This document shows, piece after piece, positions 49,012-59,543 of a DNA stretch of 64,000 bases. A program made the translations under genes and the position numbers. Source of the stretch: Chloroflexota bacterium (GTDB lineage: Bacteria; Chloroflexota; Dehalococcoidia; UBA2979); NCBI GenBank assembly GCA_027593235.1, contig JAQCIU010000011.1, positions 29,775-93,774 on the forward strand, written 5' to 3'. A model generated the notes under the pieces. The model did no database searches and was not told where the DNA came from. It saw only the letters and a program-made list of their open reading frames with translations. Each line of letters starts with the position of its first letter. Position 1 is the first letter of the stretch.

Positions 49012-50133
49012 ATGTCGCTGACGGCACTGCATTTGAAGGACGGAGCGGTCGAGCGGTTGGCCGATCCGGAGGCGATCGCGGCGCACCTCGGGAGCGACGG
49101 GGGCACGCTGTGGGTGCACGTGTCCGGGACGACGGAAGCCGACACGGAACTGCTGGGATCGTTGTTCGGCTTCCACCCGCTGGCGCTGCAGGACTGCCTC
49201 AACCCGGACCCGCAGCGGCCCAAGATCGACGACTTCGGCGACTACCTGTTCATGCTGCTGTACGGCGTGGATCACCAGGCGACGGCGGAACTGGTGGTGA
49301 TGGCGGAGCTGGACGTGTTTGTTGGCGCCAGCTACGTGGTGAGCGCCTCGTTGCGGCCGATCGCGGCGATCGAGGATGTGTTCGAGCGAGCCCAACAGGA
49401 TCCGCAACTCCTGGAGCGGTCGTCCGGTTTGCTGATGCACACGTTGATCGATGCACTGGTTGATGGCGTGGTACCGACGATGGACCGAATGAGCGATGTG
49501 ACGGACCTGATCGAGGAAGCGGCGTTGACCGCACCGCGCGGAGATCTGTTGCCAGCGATCTTGCGGTTGAAGCGATCCGCGCTGACGGTGCACCGAGGCA
49601 TGCAGTCGCAGCGAGAACTGCTGGTTCGGTTGGCGCGAGGTGACTATGCGCTCGTTCCGGCGGAGCTGTCGCTCTACTTCGGCGACGTGAACGACCACGT
49701 GGAGCAGATCAGTGAACGTGCGGCGGCGCTGCGGGAGCGTTCCGATTTCGCGACCACGACCTATCTCTCCACCGTGACGATTCGCCAGAACGAGACGATG
49801 CGGGTCCTGGCAGTGGTGGCGGCGGTGTTCCTGCCGCTGACGTTGGTGGCCGGGATTTACGGGATGAACTTTGAGCACATGCCGGAGCTGGGCTGGCACT
49901 ACGGGTACTTTGCAGTGCTGGCCGGGATGTTCCTGTTCGGCATGGTGGTGATGTGGCTGCTGTGGGGGCGGGACTGGTTCGCAGCGAACGGGCGACGGTT
50001 CGTCCGGGACCTGCACTTCGACATCGATCCGCCGCTCCTTCACGACGCGCTGTCCGAGGCGGCGCGGCTTCGTCGGCGCGTACTGACGGTGGGGCGATTT
50101 GGCGATCGCAGCGGGAACGGCCGCGGGCACTGA
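49012..50133 (+). CDS. corA: Magnesium/cobalt transporter CorA
   Basis: FHPLALQD, QRPKIDDF, NETMRVL, FLPLTLVAGIYGMNF..MPEL. Confidence 0.93.
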   Translation: MSLTALHLKDGAVERLADPEAIAAHLGSDGGTLWVHVSGTTEADTELLGSLFGFHPLALQDCLNPDPQRPKIDDFGDYLFMLLYGVDHQATAELVVMAELDVFVGASYVVSASLRPIAAIEDVFERAQQDPQLLERSSGLLMHTLIDALVDGVVPTMDRMSDVTDLIEEAALTAPRGDLLPAILRLKRSALTVHRGMQSQRELLVRLARGDYALVPAELSLYFGDVNDHVEQISERAAALRERSDFATTTYLSTVTIRQNETMRVLAVVAAVFLPLTLVAGIYGMNFEHMPELGWHYGYFAVLAGMFLFGMVVMWLLWGRDWFAANGRRFVRDLHFDIDPPLLHDALSEAARLRRRVLTVGRFGDRSGNGRGH

Positions 50134-50307
50134 TCGCGCTCGGGTGTCGGGCCTCGGGTGTTGTTGCGGCAGTGAGTCTCCGCGCAATCGATCGTCGGGG
50201 TTGACGGAACGCGGTTGCTGCGCCGATCGTCGGCAACTCTAGGGACGCGATTGACTGCCCGACAATGTGGCGGTGCACGCCACGATGCACCGGTGACCGG
50301 AGCACTG

Positions 50308-51204
50308 ATGAGGACTGCCAGGGCGACGACCTTCGCCGAATACCGACGTTTGTTGGGCCAGCTTGCGACCGATGAAGGCGTCGCGCGCGGGTTGTCGCTG
50401 GAGCTGCGGCCGACCGACGTGGTGATCTCGCCGTTCGCGAAGTGCGGGACGACGTGGCTGCAACAGATCGTGCACGGCCTGCGGACCAGCGGCGATATGA
50501 GCTTCGACGACATCTCCCGCGCCGTCCCGTGGATCGAGGTCGGCACGGACGTTGGACTGGACTTGGCCGCGGAGCAGGTCGCGGAGCCTCGTGCGTTCAA
50601 GAGCCACCTCGGCTGGGACCAGGTGCCCAAGGGTGGGCGCTACGTCGTCTCGCTGCGGAATCCCGGCGATGCGGCGGTCTCGATGTACCGCTTCATGGAG
50701 GGGTGGTTCATCGAGCCGGGGGCGATCCCGATCGACGAGTTCGTGCGGCTGGAATACGTGGCGCGGGATCGGGGCGGAGACTACTGGCTGCACCTGCTGT
50801 CCTGGTGGGCACACCGCCACGACGAGAACGTGCTGTTGCTGGCGTACGAGGATATGAAGGCTGATCTGCCGGAGACGGTGCGGCGGATCGCGGAGTTCAT
50901 CGGCGTGCCGCTGGACGACGAACTGCTGGAGATCGTGGTGCGACAGTCCTCGCTGGCGTTCATGACGGAGCACAAATCGAAGTTCGACGACCTGCTGGAC
51001 CGCGAGCGAAGCGAGCGGGTGATCGGACTGCCGGCGGGGAGCGACAGCGCGAAGGTGCGCGCGGGCGTGGTCGGCGCGCGGACGGTCGAGTTGCCGCCGA
51101 AGGTGCAGGCGGAGTTGGACGCGGTCTGGACCGAGGTGATCGCGCGGAAACTGGCGTTCGCGGACTACGACGAACTCCTCGCGGAGCTTCGCGCGAGTAG
51201 GTAG
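50308..51204 (+). CDS. PAPS-dependent sulfotransferase domain protein
   Basis: 5'-PSB PFAKCGTTWLQ, KSH, RNPGDAAVS (3'-PB), YEDMK, VRAG. Confidence 0.9.
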   Translation: MRTARATTFAEYRRLLGQLATDEGVARGLSLELRPTDVVISPFAKCGTTWLQQIVHGLRTSGDMSFDDISRAVPWIEVGTDVGLDLAAEQVAEPRAFKSHLGWDQVPKGGRYVVSLRNPGDAAVSMYRFMEGWFIEPGAIPIDEFVRLEYVARDRGGDYWLHLLSWWAHRHDENVLLLAYEDMKADLPETVRRIAEFIGVPLDDELLEIVVRQSSLAFMTEHKSKFDDLLDRERSERVIGLPAGSDSAKVRAGVVGARTVELPPKVQAELDAVWTEVIARKLAFADYDELLAELRASR

Positions 51205-51252
51205 CGTCGATCGTGATGCGCGCGCCAACTGGAGTGGGAGCGGGGGAGTCCA

Positions 51253-51789
51253 ATGGCCGTTCGACCGTTCCCCGAGCAGCACAGACGCCAGCACCGGATC
51301 GGTATCTGGCTCGCGCTCTCGGCGCTGTTCGTCGTCGTCGAGCTGCTGCTCGTCCGTCCCGAGGTCGCCGGTAGTCCGCGCCCCGCGCTGCTGGCGGACG
51401 TGATGGCGCTCGATTTGGCGCTGGGCCTGCCGCTGCTCGGCTACGCGCTGGTGATCCGAGGTGGCTACGTCTCCGCGGCGGTGCTGCCACTGTTGCTGCT
51501 CGCCAGTACCGGACTCGCGTTCCTCGCGGTGCCGGAGGGTGGCGGGCGCGTCTTGCCGGTGCTGATCGTCGTTGCGCCCGCGCTGACGGCGGACGCGACG
51601 ATCGTCGCGACCGCGACGGCTACCGAGGAGCCGGCGATGATCCAGGCTCCACCGCAGCACCTGAGCATCTGCCCTGATGGCACTGCCCTGTCCGGTCCGG
51701 TCAAGGTCGATGCGGCAGGGGTGCGGGTACTCACTGCCGAGGGGAACGAGATCAACGCTGATACCGACGAGCCATTCGCCTGTCGCTGA
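51253..51789 (+). CDS. Hypothetical membrane protein (possibly chimeric)
   Basis: Hydrophobic N-terminus followed by an unrelated-looking polar C-terminus with two Cys. Confidence 0.4.
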   Translation: MAVRPFPEQHRRQHRIGIWLALSALFVVVELLLVRPEVAGSPRPALLADVMALDLALGLPLLGYALVIRGGYVSAAVLPLLLLASTGLAFLAVPEGGGRVLPVLIVVAPALTADATIVATATATEEPAMIQAPPQHLSICPDGTALSGPVKVDAAGVRVLTAEGNEINADTDEPFACR

Positions 51790-51913
51790 CGCCCCCGAAG
51801 TGCCGCGTGGGGCGGGAACAACCGAAGCCAGCCTGCCCGACTCGCTCGCCTGACTCGGCCAGGGACCGCATTTCTCTTCGGACGTTCAGCGTCGTAGAGG
51901 CCCCGAAGGGGCC

Positions 51914-52822
51914 CTAGAACATGGCGACGGGGTTTACGGGGCTGCCGGTGCCGCCTTCGACGCGGAGGGGGAGCACCATCAGCATGAACTCCTGGCGACC
52001 CTCCTCGACGCACGCCTCGGCGAGCGGCTGGAGTAGCGAGTTGTCCATCAAGCACACGCCGAACTTGTAGAGCACCGAATGCACCGGCCAGGGCAGCGTC
52101 GTGTCGGGGCCGTGGTGGTCCATCATGTCCCAGCTCAGCAGCGACACGTCCCGCTCGCGGATGTACATCGAGCACGACGCGTGGAGGCCGGGGCTCGGTC
52201 GCGTGCCCATGAAGCTCGTCGGGTTCGCGTCCTGCCACGCCTCGCGGCCGCTGTAGATCACGAGGGCGTCACCGGGCCGCACCTCGACACCCTGCGCCTC
52301 GGCGACCGCCGCCAGCTCGGGCCCCGTTACCGGGTTGTCGAGGGTGACGAACGGCTCGCCTCGGAAGCGCGGGACATCGAGGAGGACGCCGCGGGTGACG
52401 ATGCCCTCCTCCCACGCGGTGACCGCGCCGTGCTTCGCGCCGGTCGACGACATCACGTCGGCGTAGTTGCGGCCCTGCCAGCCGCCGTCGGCATCCCAGA
52501 CATGGCAGAGCGCGTCGATGTGAGTCGTCGTGTAGCCGTGGTAGCTGATGCCGTAGTAGTCGACCGCGCCGCCGCTCACGCCTCGGTCCGTCCATTGCGG
52601 GAAGTGCTGGGCGGGCGACGGGTTCAGCGGCCCCGGCCGCTTCGGCCAGTAGCGGCTGAGCGACACCTGCCGCCCCGTCCGCACCAGCGCGACCGCCTCG
52701 AGGCGCTTCTCGGGAGTGACGAGGTTGAGCGCACCTCGGCTGTCGTCGTCGCCCCAGCGGCCCCAGTTGTTGTGCTCGGTCAGGAACGCTTGGACCTCGG
52801 CATCGCTCGGCACGTCTGGCAT
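51914..52822 (-). CDS. Cyclase family protein (kynurenine formamidase-like)
   Basis: NWGRWG.DD..GALN, HGYTTTHIDALCH, RGVLLD, GGTGSPVNP. Confidence 0.92.
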   Translation of the reverse strand: MPDVPSDAEVQAFLTEHNNWGRWGDDDSRGALNLVTPEKRLEAVALVRTGRQVSLSRYWPKRPGPLNPSPAQHFPQWTDRGVSGGAVDYYGISYHGYTTTHIDALCHVWDADGGWQGRNYADVMSSTGAKHGAVTAWEEGIVTRGVLLDVPRFRGEPFVTLDNPVTGPELAAVAEAQGVEVRPGDALVIYSGREAWQDANPTSFMGTRPSPGLHASCSMYIRERDVSLLSWDMMDHHGPDTTLPWPVHSVLYKFGVCLMDNSLLQPLAEACVEEGRQEFMLMVLPLRVEGGTGSPVNPVAMF

Positions 52823-52980
52823 CGCTCTCCCCTTCGTGCGGCTCGGCAGCCTCGATGCGGGGAGTCTACGTCGGCGGGCGATCGGCGGAGGGTCCGCTGA
52901 CCGGCAGCATGGTCCCGTAGCATGACGCCGCCGCACTCCCGACGACGAGATTGGGTGCCGGCTACGCGAGGGGGTCGCTG

Positions 52981-53832
52981 ATGGAGACGTTCGAGGGCAA
53001 AGTCGCGGTGGTGACCGGCGGCGCGAGCGGGCTGGGGCTCGCGATGGCGAGTCGCTTTGCTGACGCCGGGATGAACATCGTGATCGGCGACATCGAGGCG
53101 GAACCGCTGGCGATGGCCGAAGCGGCGATCGCGGCCAAGGGCGTGAAGGTCCTCCCGATTCGCACCGACGTCGCCAAGGCCGACGAGGTCGAAGCGCTCG
53201 CGGAGAGCGCCTATCGGCAGTTCGGCGCGGTGCATGTGCTCTGCAACAACGCCGGCGTCGGCGGCAGTCAGGGCGCGATGTGGGAGCTGTCGCAGGCTGA
53301 CTGGGAGTGGGTGATCGACGTCGACCTGTGGAGCGTGGTGCACGGCATCCGCAGCTTCGTGCCTCGGATGATCGAGAGCGGCGAGGAGGGGCACGTCGTC
53401 AACACCGCCTCGATCGCCGGTCTGGTCAGCGGCGCCGTCGGTGGGCCGTACACGGTCGCGAAGTTCGCGGTCGAGGCAATGTCAGAGCAGCTCCACTACG
53501 AGCTGGGGCGCGCCGGCCACGACATCGGCGTCTCGGTGCTCTGCCCCGGCTTCGTGAACACCGCGATCTACGACTCCGGCCGCAACCGGCAGGCTGAGTA
53601 CGGCGATGCCGAGCCGCCCGCCGGCCCGTCGCCGATCCGCTCCGCCCTGGAAGAGCGGCGGCAGACCATGATGCAGCCCGCCGAGATCGGCGAGATGGTC
53701 TTCGAGGCCATCCGCAGCCGCGAGCTGTACATCATCCCCGCCGGCAGCGACGCGCTGGAACAGTCGATGCGAACCCGCTTCGAGAACATCGTCGAGCGCC
53801 GCACCCCGCCGTTCGAGGTCGGCATCATGTAG
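52981..53832 (+). CDS. Short-chain dehydrogenase/reductase
   Basis: TGGASGLG, NNAG, YTVAK. Confidence 0.94.
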   Translation: METFEGKVAVVTGGASGLGLAMASRFADAGMNIVIGDIEAEPLAMAEAAIAAKGVKVLPIRTDVAKADEVEALAESAYRQFGAVHVLCNNAGVGGSQGAMWELSQADWEWVIDVDLWSVVHGIRSFVPRMIESGEEGHVVNTASIAGLVSGAVGGPYTVAKFAVEAMSEQLHYELGRAGHDIGVSVLCPGFVNTAIYDSGRNRQAEYGDAEPPAGPSPIRSALEERRQTMMQPAEIGEMVFEAIRSRELYIIPAGSDALEQSMRTRFENIVERRTPPFEVGIM

Positions 53833-53914
53833 CTGCGGGCGAAGCGTCGCCCGCGCGGCGCTACCCTGCTCCCGTCGGTCGCGAGGGCGGCCGAGTCGTT
53901 CGAGGTGTCGTCCC

Positions 53915-54496
53915 GTGGACCGTCCCTGGCTCGTCGCGATCGTGGGGCCGCCCGCCGTCGGGAAGATGACCGTCGGCCAGCAGCTCGCGGCGCGGACCGG
54001 CTTCCCGCTCTACTACAACCACCAGGTGATCGATCTCCTCACGCCCTACTTTGAGTTCGGCTCACCGTCGTTCGAGCGCCTATCGAGAGAGTACCGACGC
54101 CGCTTCTTCGAGGAGACGGCGCAGGCCGGGATGGGCATCGTCGCGACATGGAGCTGGTGGTTCGAGCATCCGCCGGAGACGGCTGCCGTTGAGTATCTGA
54201 TCGAGCCGTTCCTTGAGGCGGGCGGGCGCGTGTCGTTCGCCGAGTTGGTGGCCCCGCTGGATGTGCGGCTTCGTCGGAACCGGACGGAGCACCGGCGTGC
54301 GCAGAAGCGCACGGACTGGGCGACGGACGAAGAGTTAACTGCCCAGGCTACGGAGCACTCACAGAACACGACCGCGGAGCACCCGTTCCCGTGGCCGGAC
54401 CGCCACCTGCGCCTCGAGAACGCCGAGCTGGCGCCGGACGATGCCGCCGCGCGCATCCAGGCGCACTTCGGGCTGCCCTCGGTCGACGGCGCGTAG
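53915..54496 (+). CDS. P-loop NTPase (shikimate-kinase-like/AAA family)
   Basis: GPPAVGKMT Walker A; VRLRRNRTEHR lid-like motif. Confidence 0.8.
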   Translation: MDRPWLVAIVGPPAVGKMTVGQQLAARTGFPLYYNHQVIDLLTPYFEFGSPSFERLSREYRRRFFEETAQAGMGIVATWSWWFEHPPETAAVEYLIEPFLEAGGRVSFAELVAPLDVRLRRNRTEHRRAQKRTDWATDEELTAQATEHSQNTTAEHPFPWPDRHLRLENAELAPDDAAARIQAHFGLPSVDGA

Positions 54497-54532
54497 GTTC
54501 CGAGGCGCGCGCGTCGGCCTCGAGGTTGGCGG

Positions 54533-55006
54533 CTACGCCTCCGCGTACGCCCGTTCGAGGGCGGCGACGTCCAGCTTCACCATCGTCATCATCGCGTCGA
54601 CAACGGCCTGGACCTTCTTCGGGTCCTCGTCGGCGACGAGTTCAGTGAAGCGGCGCGGGACGATCTGCCAGGACAGGCCGAATGGGTCCTTGATCCAGCC
54701 GCACTGCGTCGGCGTGGCGCCGGCGGCGACAAGCTTGTCCCAGTACTCGTCTACCTCGGCCTGATCGTCGCAGTCGACGTAGAGCGAGCTGGCCTCGGAA
54801 AAGGCGAAGTGCGGCCCGCCGTTGAAGGCCATCAGCCGCTGGCCGCCAACGACGAACTCGGCGGACACGAGCGGCCCACCGTCGCCGCCTCGGGCCTGCG
54901 AGATCACGCGCGAGTCCGGGAACGTCGAGGTGTAGAACTCGACGGCGGCCTCGAGCTGGTCGTTGTACATCAGGAACGGCGTCACCTTGGTCGTTGCTGC
55001 GGTCAC
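54533..55006 (-). CDS. VOC family protein (PhnB/3-dmu-9_3-mt-like)
   Basis: KVTPFL, FNGGPHFAFSEASS, QCGWIKDPFGLSWQIVP. Confidence 0.92.
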   Translation of the reverse strand: MTAATTKVTPFLMYNDQLEAAVEFYTSTFPDSRVISQARGGDGGPLVSAEFVVGGQRLMAFNGGPHFAFSEASSLYVDCDDQAEVDEYWDKLVAAGATPTQCGWIKDPFGLSWQIVPRRFTELVADEDPKKVQAVVDAMMTMVKLDVAALERAYAEA

Positions 55007-55049
55007 GGTCGTCTCCTTCGCGGTGCGGTCTGGGTGTGCGGGGCGCGCG

Positions 55050-55538
55050 TTACGAGGTGGGCGGCCAGTCGCGCATAGCCGCCTCGAGGCGGTCGAAGCT
55101 CACGCCGATGCCGTCGGCCATGCCGGTCGCGGCGGCGGCGTCCCGCGCCTCCTGGCTCTCGAAGCGCATCAACAGCGTGAGCGTGGTGCGGCCGTCCGCT
55201 TCGAGAAGCGTCATCGTGTTGAGCGTCTCGCCGTCGAAGCCGTCCATCCGCTCCGTCGATACGAGGCGTGAGGTCGGGGTCACCTCGGTGAACTTACCGC
55301 CGGTGCCGAACGAGCCCTCGTCGGGGTGCGACCACTCGTAGCGGTAGGCGCCGCCGACGCGGAGGTCGATCTCGCAGACGGGCATGTCCCAGCCGTCGGG
55401 GCCGAGCAGCCACCGCCGCACCAGTTCCGGCTTGGTGTGTGCGTCCCAGACGAGGCGCGCCGGTGCATTGAAGACGCGCTCGACGCACAGGTCGGTGGGG
55501 GCAGGGGTGGTCACGATCAGCGTTGGTTCAGCGGTCAT
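55050..55538 (-). CDS. SRPBCC (AHSA1-like) family protein
   Basis: ERVFNAPARLVWDAHT.PELV..W, EIDLRVGGAYR. Confidence 0.9.
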   Translation of the reverse strand: MTAEPTLIVTTPAPTDLCVERVFNAPARLVWDAHTKPELVRRWLLGPDGWDMPVCEIDLRVGGAYRYEWSHPDEGSFGTGGKFTEVTPTSRLVSTERMDGFDGETLNTMTLLEADGRTTLTLLMRFESQEARDAAAATGMADGIGVSFDRLEAAMRDWPPTS

Positions 55539-55668
55539 TGCGATCTCCTTCTGTGGTGTCCGGCGCCTGCATCTCCTCGAGGAGTGCATCGAGCCGGCGG
55601 TAGTTCGCTTCCCAGTGCTCCCGGTAGCCCTCGAGCCAGCCGACCGCCTGCGCCATGGGCGCGGCCTC
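55528..55668 (-). pseudogene. C-terminal fragment of an ArsR-family regulator
   Basis: EAAPMAQAVGWLEGYREHWEANYRRLDALLEE, typical of ArsR genes upstream of SRPBCC; HTH missing. Confidence 0.7.
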
Positions 55669-56602
55669 TCGAGCGGTGACTTCGTCCCGGCGCTCAGCGA
55701 GTTCTTCGGCTCAGGCGCCGGGTTGAGCGCCTCAGTGATCACCCGGCTCACGAAGCAATGGCAGGCCGAGCGGGCGGCCTTCGCGCGCCGCGACCTGCGC
55801 GCCGCCGACTACGTATATGTGTGGGCGGATGGCGTGCACTTCAACGTGCGCCTCGAAGAGGATCGCCTGTGCTGCCTGGTGATCGTCGGCGTCCGCGCAG
55901 ATGGGACCAAGGAGCTGGTCGCGATCGCCGACGGCTACCGGGAGTCGACCGAGTCATGGGCCGACCTGCTGCGCGACCTCAAGCGTCGTGGGATGCGTGC
56001 CCCCGTGCTCGCGGTAGGCGACGGTGCATTGGGGTTCTGGGGTGCGCTGCGCGAGGTCTTCCCGGCCACCCGCACCCAGCGTTGCTGGGTGCACAAGCTG
56101 GCGAACGTCCTGAACGCGCTACCGAAGTCGGCTCAGCCGACGGCGCGCCGGGCGCTCGCCGAGATCCGCGACGCCGAGGACCGCGATCACGCAGTAGCTG
56201 CCATCGCCGCCTTTGCTCGCGACTTCGCGAAGTGGCCGAAGGCGGTGGCAAAGGTGGTCGATGACGCCGAGGCGATGCTCGCCTTCCTCGACTTCCCCGC
56301 CGAGCACTGGGTCCACCTCAAGACGACCAACCCAATCGAGTCCACCTTCGCCACCGTCCGCCTGCGGACGCGAGTCACCAAGGGCCCCGGCTCGCGTGCC
56401 GCGGGACTGGCGATGGCGTTCAAGCTGATCGAGGCGGCTCAGCAGCGCTGGCGTGCGGTCAACAGCCCGCGTCTCGTCGCGCTCGTCCGTGCCGGCGCCA
56501 GGTTCGAGAAAGGAGTACTCATCGAGCAAGACCAGCAGCAGGATCAGGAAGCCGCCGCGTGATCATCCGGGCGCTCCGATCCACAACTCTTGGCGATATC
56601 TC
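55661..56602 (+). mobile_element. IS256-family insertion sequence, 5'-truncated (transposase ends at 56562)
   Basis: GLSSGDF..AL, YVWADG, VGDGALGFW, QRCWVHK, TTNPIES; putative right end ATCCACAACTCTTGGCGATATCTC. Confidence 0.92.
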
Positions 56603-56796
56603 AGCGACGCCATTGGTATGCCTCTATGCGGAGGAATGCCGACATCCTCGAGAAGCCGATTCTCGACGCCCAACTCCAAAAGGCCGAAACACCATTCGCA
56701 TGGGAGTGGCAGAAGGAAGATGATCAGTCAGAGGCTGTGTCGTCCACGGCCACCGAAATAGGAGTCGTGCTGGATCCGGAGGATCTCCCGTTCTAA
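56603..56796 (+). pseudogene. 3' remnant of a gene next to the IS end (acidic ...EDLPF tail)
   Basis: Lower-GC open frame abutting the IS end and terminating LDPEDLPF*. Confidence 0.45.
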
Positions 56797-56842
56797 TCCG
56801 CAGGCTTCCCCGTCTACCCGACCGCTCCGTACACTCCCTCCC

Positions 56843-57862
56843 ATGACCACTGACGCCACCACAGGCCTCGACGCCCTCGCCGCCGTCGACCGCGACGCCC
56901 GCACCACCCTCGCCGCCGCCGAGGACGAACCCACCCTCGAGGCCTGGCGCACCGCCATCCTCGGACGCAACGGCGCCCTCACCGGCATCCTCCGCGGCAT
57001 CGGCGCACTCGACGCCGAGCAGCGCAAAGCCGTCGGCCAGGCCGCCAACACCGTCAAACAACAGCTAGAAGCCGCCCTCGAAACCCGTCAGCTCCAACTC
57101 CGCGCCGCCGCCCTCGCCGGCGCCGAACCCATCGACGTCACCCTCCCCGGCCGCCCCCGCCGCATCGGCCGCCTTCACCCCGTCACCCAGACCATGCGCC
57201 AGATCCTCGACATCCTGCAGCGCCTCGGCTTCGCCGTCATCGAAGGCCCCGAAGTCGAACTCGACGAATACAACTTCGATCGCCTCCGCATCCCCGCCGA
57301 CCACCCCGCCCGCGACATGTGGGACACCTTCTGGATCGAAGAACAAGACGGTCGCCAGGGCGCCCGCCAGACCCTCCTCCGCACCCACACCAGCCCCATG
57401 CAAATCCGCTACTTCGAGGGCCATGAACCCCCCATCCGCGTCGCCGTCCCCGGCCGCTGCTACCGCTACGAAGCCACCGACGCCACCCACGAATGGATGC
57501 TCCAGCAAGTCGAACTCCTCGCCATCGACGAAGGCATCTCCCTCGCCGACCTCAAAGGCACCCTCCACGAATTCGCCCGCCAGATCTTCGGTTCCGACAC
57601 CGAAGTCCTCCTCCGCAACAGCTACTTCCCCTTCGTCGAGCCCGGCGTCGAACTAGCCGTGAAATTCCGAGGCCAATGGCTAGAAATCATGGGCGCCGGC
57701 ATGGTCCACCCAGAAATCATCGCCGCCGCCGGCTACGACCCAGAGCGCTACACCGGCTTCGCCGCCGGCATGGGCGTCGAACGCATCGCCATGCCCCTCT
57801 ACCAGGTCGACGACATCCGCAACTTCTACCAAAACGACCTCCGCTTCCTCTCCCAGTTCTAG
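56843..57862 (+). CDS. pheS: Phenylalanine--tRNA ligase alpha subunit
   Basis: IDVTLPG, HPARDMWDTF, LLRTHTSPMQ, YFPFVEP, GAGMVHP, GFAAGMGVER, DLRFLSQF. Confidence 0.98.
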   Translation: MTTDATTGLDALAAVDRDARTTLAAAEDEPTLEAWRTAILGRNGALTGILRGIGALDAEQRKAVGQAANTVKQQLEAALETRQLQLRAAALAGAEPIDVTLPGRPRRIGRLHPVTQTMRQILDILQRLGFAVIEGPEVELDEYNFDRLRIPADHPARDMWDTFWIEEQDGRQGARQTLLRTHTSPMQIRYFEGHEPPIRVAVPGRCYRYEATDATHEWMLQQVELLAIDEGISLADLKGTLHEFARQIFGSDTEVLLRNSYFPFVEPGVELAVKFRGQWLEIMGAGMVHPEIIAAAGYDPERYTGFAAGMGVERIAMPLYQVDDIRNFYQNDLRFLSQF

Positions 57863-58027
57863 GGGTCTTCGACCCCCTTGTTCCCTTCGGGCCAGCCTGC
57901 GCCCGTCCCACGCGCGTCCCACCTCCATGCGCCCGCGATCGTCCCGTCCCTCTGAATCCACGCCCGACGCCACCCTGGAAAACGCCCGCGCTGCGTTCGC
58001 CCCCTACCAAGCCCCCATCTACCGCCG

Positions 58028-58273
58028 AACGAACCGCGCCCGGGGCATCCTGCCCCGGTGAACCGATCGCCCCTCGATGCACCCCCACACCAACCCGCCA
58101 CCGCCCCACCCGCCGCCACCGAGCCCCCGCAACCATCGAGAAGCCCCCGGCTTTGGAGGGGGTCTGGGGGACGCACTCGTCCCCCCGGCGGGGGTGTCGG
58201 GGGCAAGCGCCCCCGACGAACGACACGCAGTACGAAGTCCGCTCGCAGCACAGCGGCAAGTCGCCGACCTCGA
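58028..58273. repeat. About 245-bp multi-hairpin intergenic repeat, copy 1
   Basis: AACGAACCGCGCCCGGGGCATCCTGCCCCGGT...GGGGGACGCACTCGTCCCCCC...GTCGGGGGCAAGCGCCCCCGAC...TCGCCGACCTCGA. Confidence 0.88.
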
Positions 58274-58491
58274 CGTCCGCTCGCCAGCGACTCCGCCCGC
58301 CGCCCGCAGAGCGGTCGAAAAAGATGGCTCCCCCCGCCGGGGATGTCGGGAGCCACGCCCGTCGGGCGATCAAACAAACAACGCGCCCCCGACGAACGAA
58401 CCTCCGCACACCACCTGCTCGCAGCGCAAACGAACGTCGCCGACCTCGAAACCCCACACGCAGCACTCTGGCTAACCGCTCGCCGTCCACA

Positions 58492-58739
58492 AACGAACCG
58501 CGCCCGGGGCATCCTGCCCCGGTAACCCAATCGCCCCTCAGTGCACCCCCACCAACTCGCGGCCGTCGCTCCCGCCGCCACCGAGCCCAGCAATCACCGA
58601 GAAGCCCCCGGCTTTGGAGGGGGTCTGGGGGACGCACTCGTCCCCCCGCGGGGGTGTCGGGGGCAAGCGCCCCCGACGAACGAAACGCAGCACCCCGCCC
58701 GCTCGCAGTGCAAACGAATGTCGCCGACCTCGAAACCCC
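58492..58739. repeat. Multi-hairpin intergenic repeat, copy 2
   Basis: Same blocks as copy 1. Confidence 0.88.
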
Positions 58740-59042
58740 GCTCGCTAGCGACTCCGGCTCCAAACGAGCGAAAGGATGCCCCGCCGCCAAGACAATGGCA
58801 CCATTGACGTGCCCCCCCGAACGAGCGAAGCGAACCACCAATGCCCAACGACCCATCACCAACTGAAAAACCAACCCCCGCGCCCCCAACACGCGAACAA
58901 CTCCTAGAAGACCTACGCCGCGCAAGAGGCGACACCCCAGACCGCCCCTCAGACCACAACACCCCCCCACCCCACTACGGCCGATCGAGCTAACCAACCC
59001 CAAACCCGCGATCCCAACGAACCCGCAAGGACCCAAAACCCA

Positions 59043-59543
59043 ATGCCCAAAACCGAATCCTTCGACATCACCACCGGCTGCGACCTCCAAGAGGTAGACA
59101 ACGCCCTCAACCAGGCCCGCCGAGAAATCCAAAACCGCTACGACTTCAAAGGCGTCAAAGCCGACATCGACTTCGAACGCGACGAAGGCAAAATCAACAT
59201 CCACACCCAGGAACGCTTCCACCTGGACGCCATCTGGCAAGTCCTCGTCAGCCGCTTCGTCGCCCGCAGCGTCCCCGTAGAAAACATCGAACGCGCCGAC
59301 CCCGAAGACGCCACCGGCAGCACCACCCGCCAAACCCTCACCCTTGTCCAGGCCATCGACGGCGACACCGCCCGCAACATCAACCGCTTCATCAAAGACT
59401 TGAAGCTGAAAAAAGTGCAGTCCCAATTCCAGAACGACGCCGTCCGCGTCACCGCCCCCAACCGAGACGACCTCCAATCCGTCATCGCCGCCCTCCGCGC
59501 AGAGGACTGGGGCATGCAACTCAACTTCGGAAACTACCGCTAG
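59043..59543 (+). CDS. yajQ: YajQ-family nucleotide/c-di-GMP-binding protein
   Basis: SFDI, QEVDNALNQ...RYDFKG, KVQSQ, VRVT...RDDLQ, FGNYR. Confidence 0.96.
   Translation: MPKTESFDITTGCDLQEVDNALNQARREIQNRYDFKGVKADIDFERDEGKINIHTQERFHLDAIWQVLVSRFVARSVPVENIERADPEDATGSTTRQTLTLVQAIDGDTARNINRFIKDLKLKKVQSQFQNDAVRVTAPNRDDLQSVIAALRAEDWGMQLNFGNYR

Noticed and set aside
55384-55660. N-terminus of the 392-aa transposase ORF
   Set aside because: It is antisense to the SRPBCC/ArsR sequence and has no IS256 similarity
4107-59543. Genome-wide TAG reassignment (alternative genetic code)
   Set aside because: pheS, yajQ and GNAT paralogs terminate with TAG exactly at conserved C-termini, so TAG works as a stop
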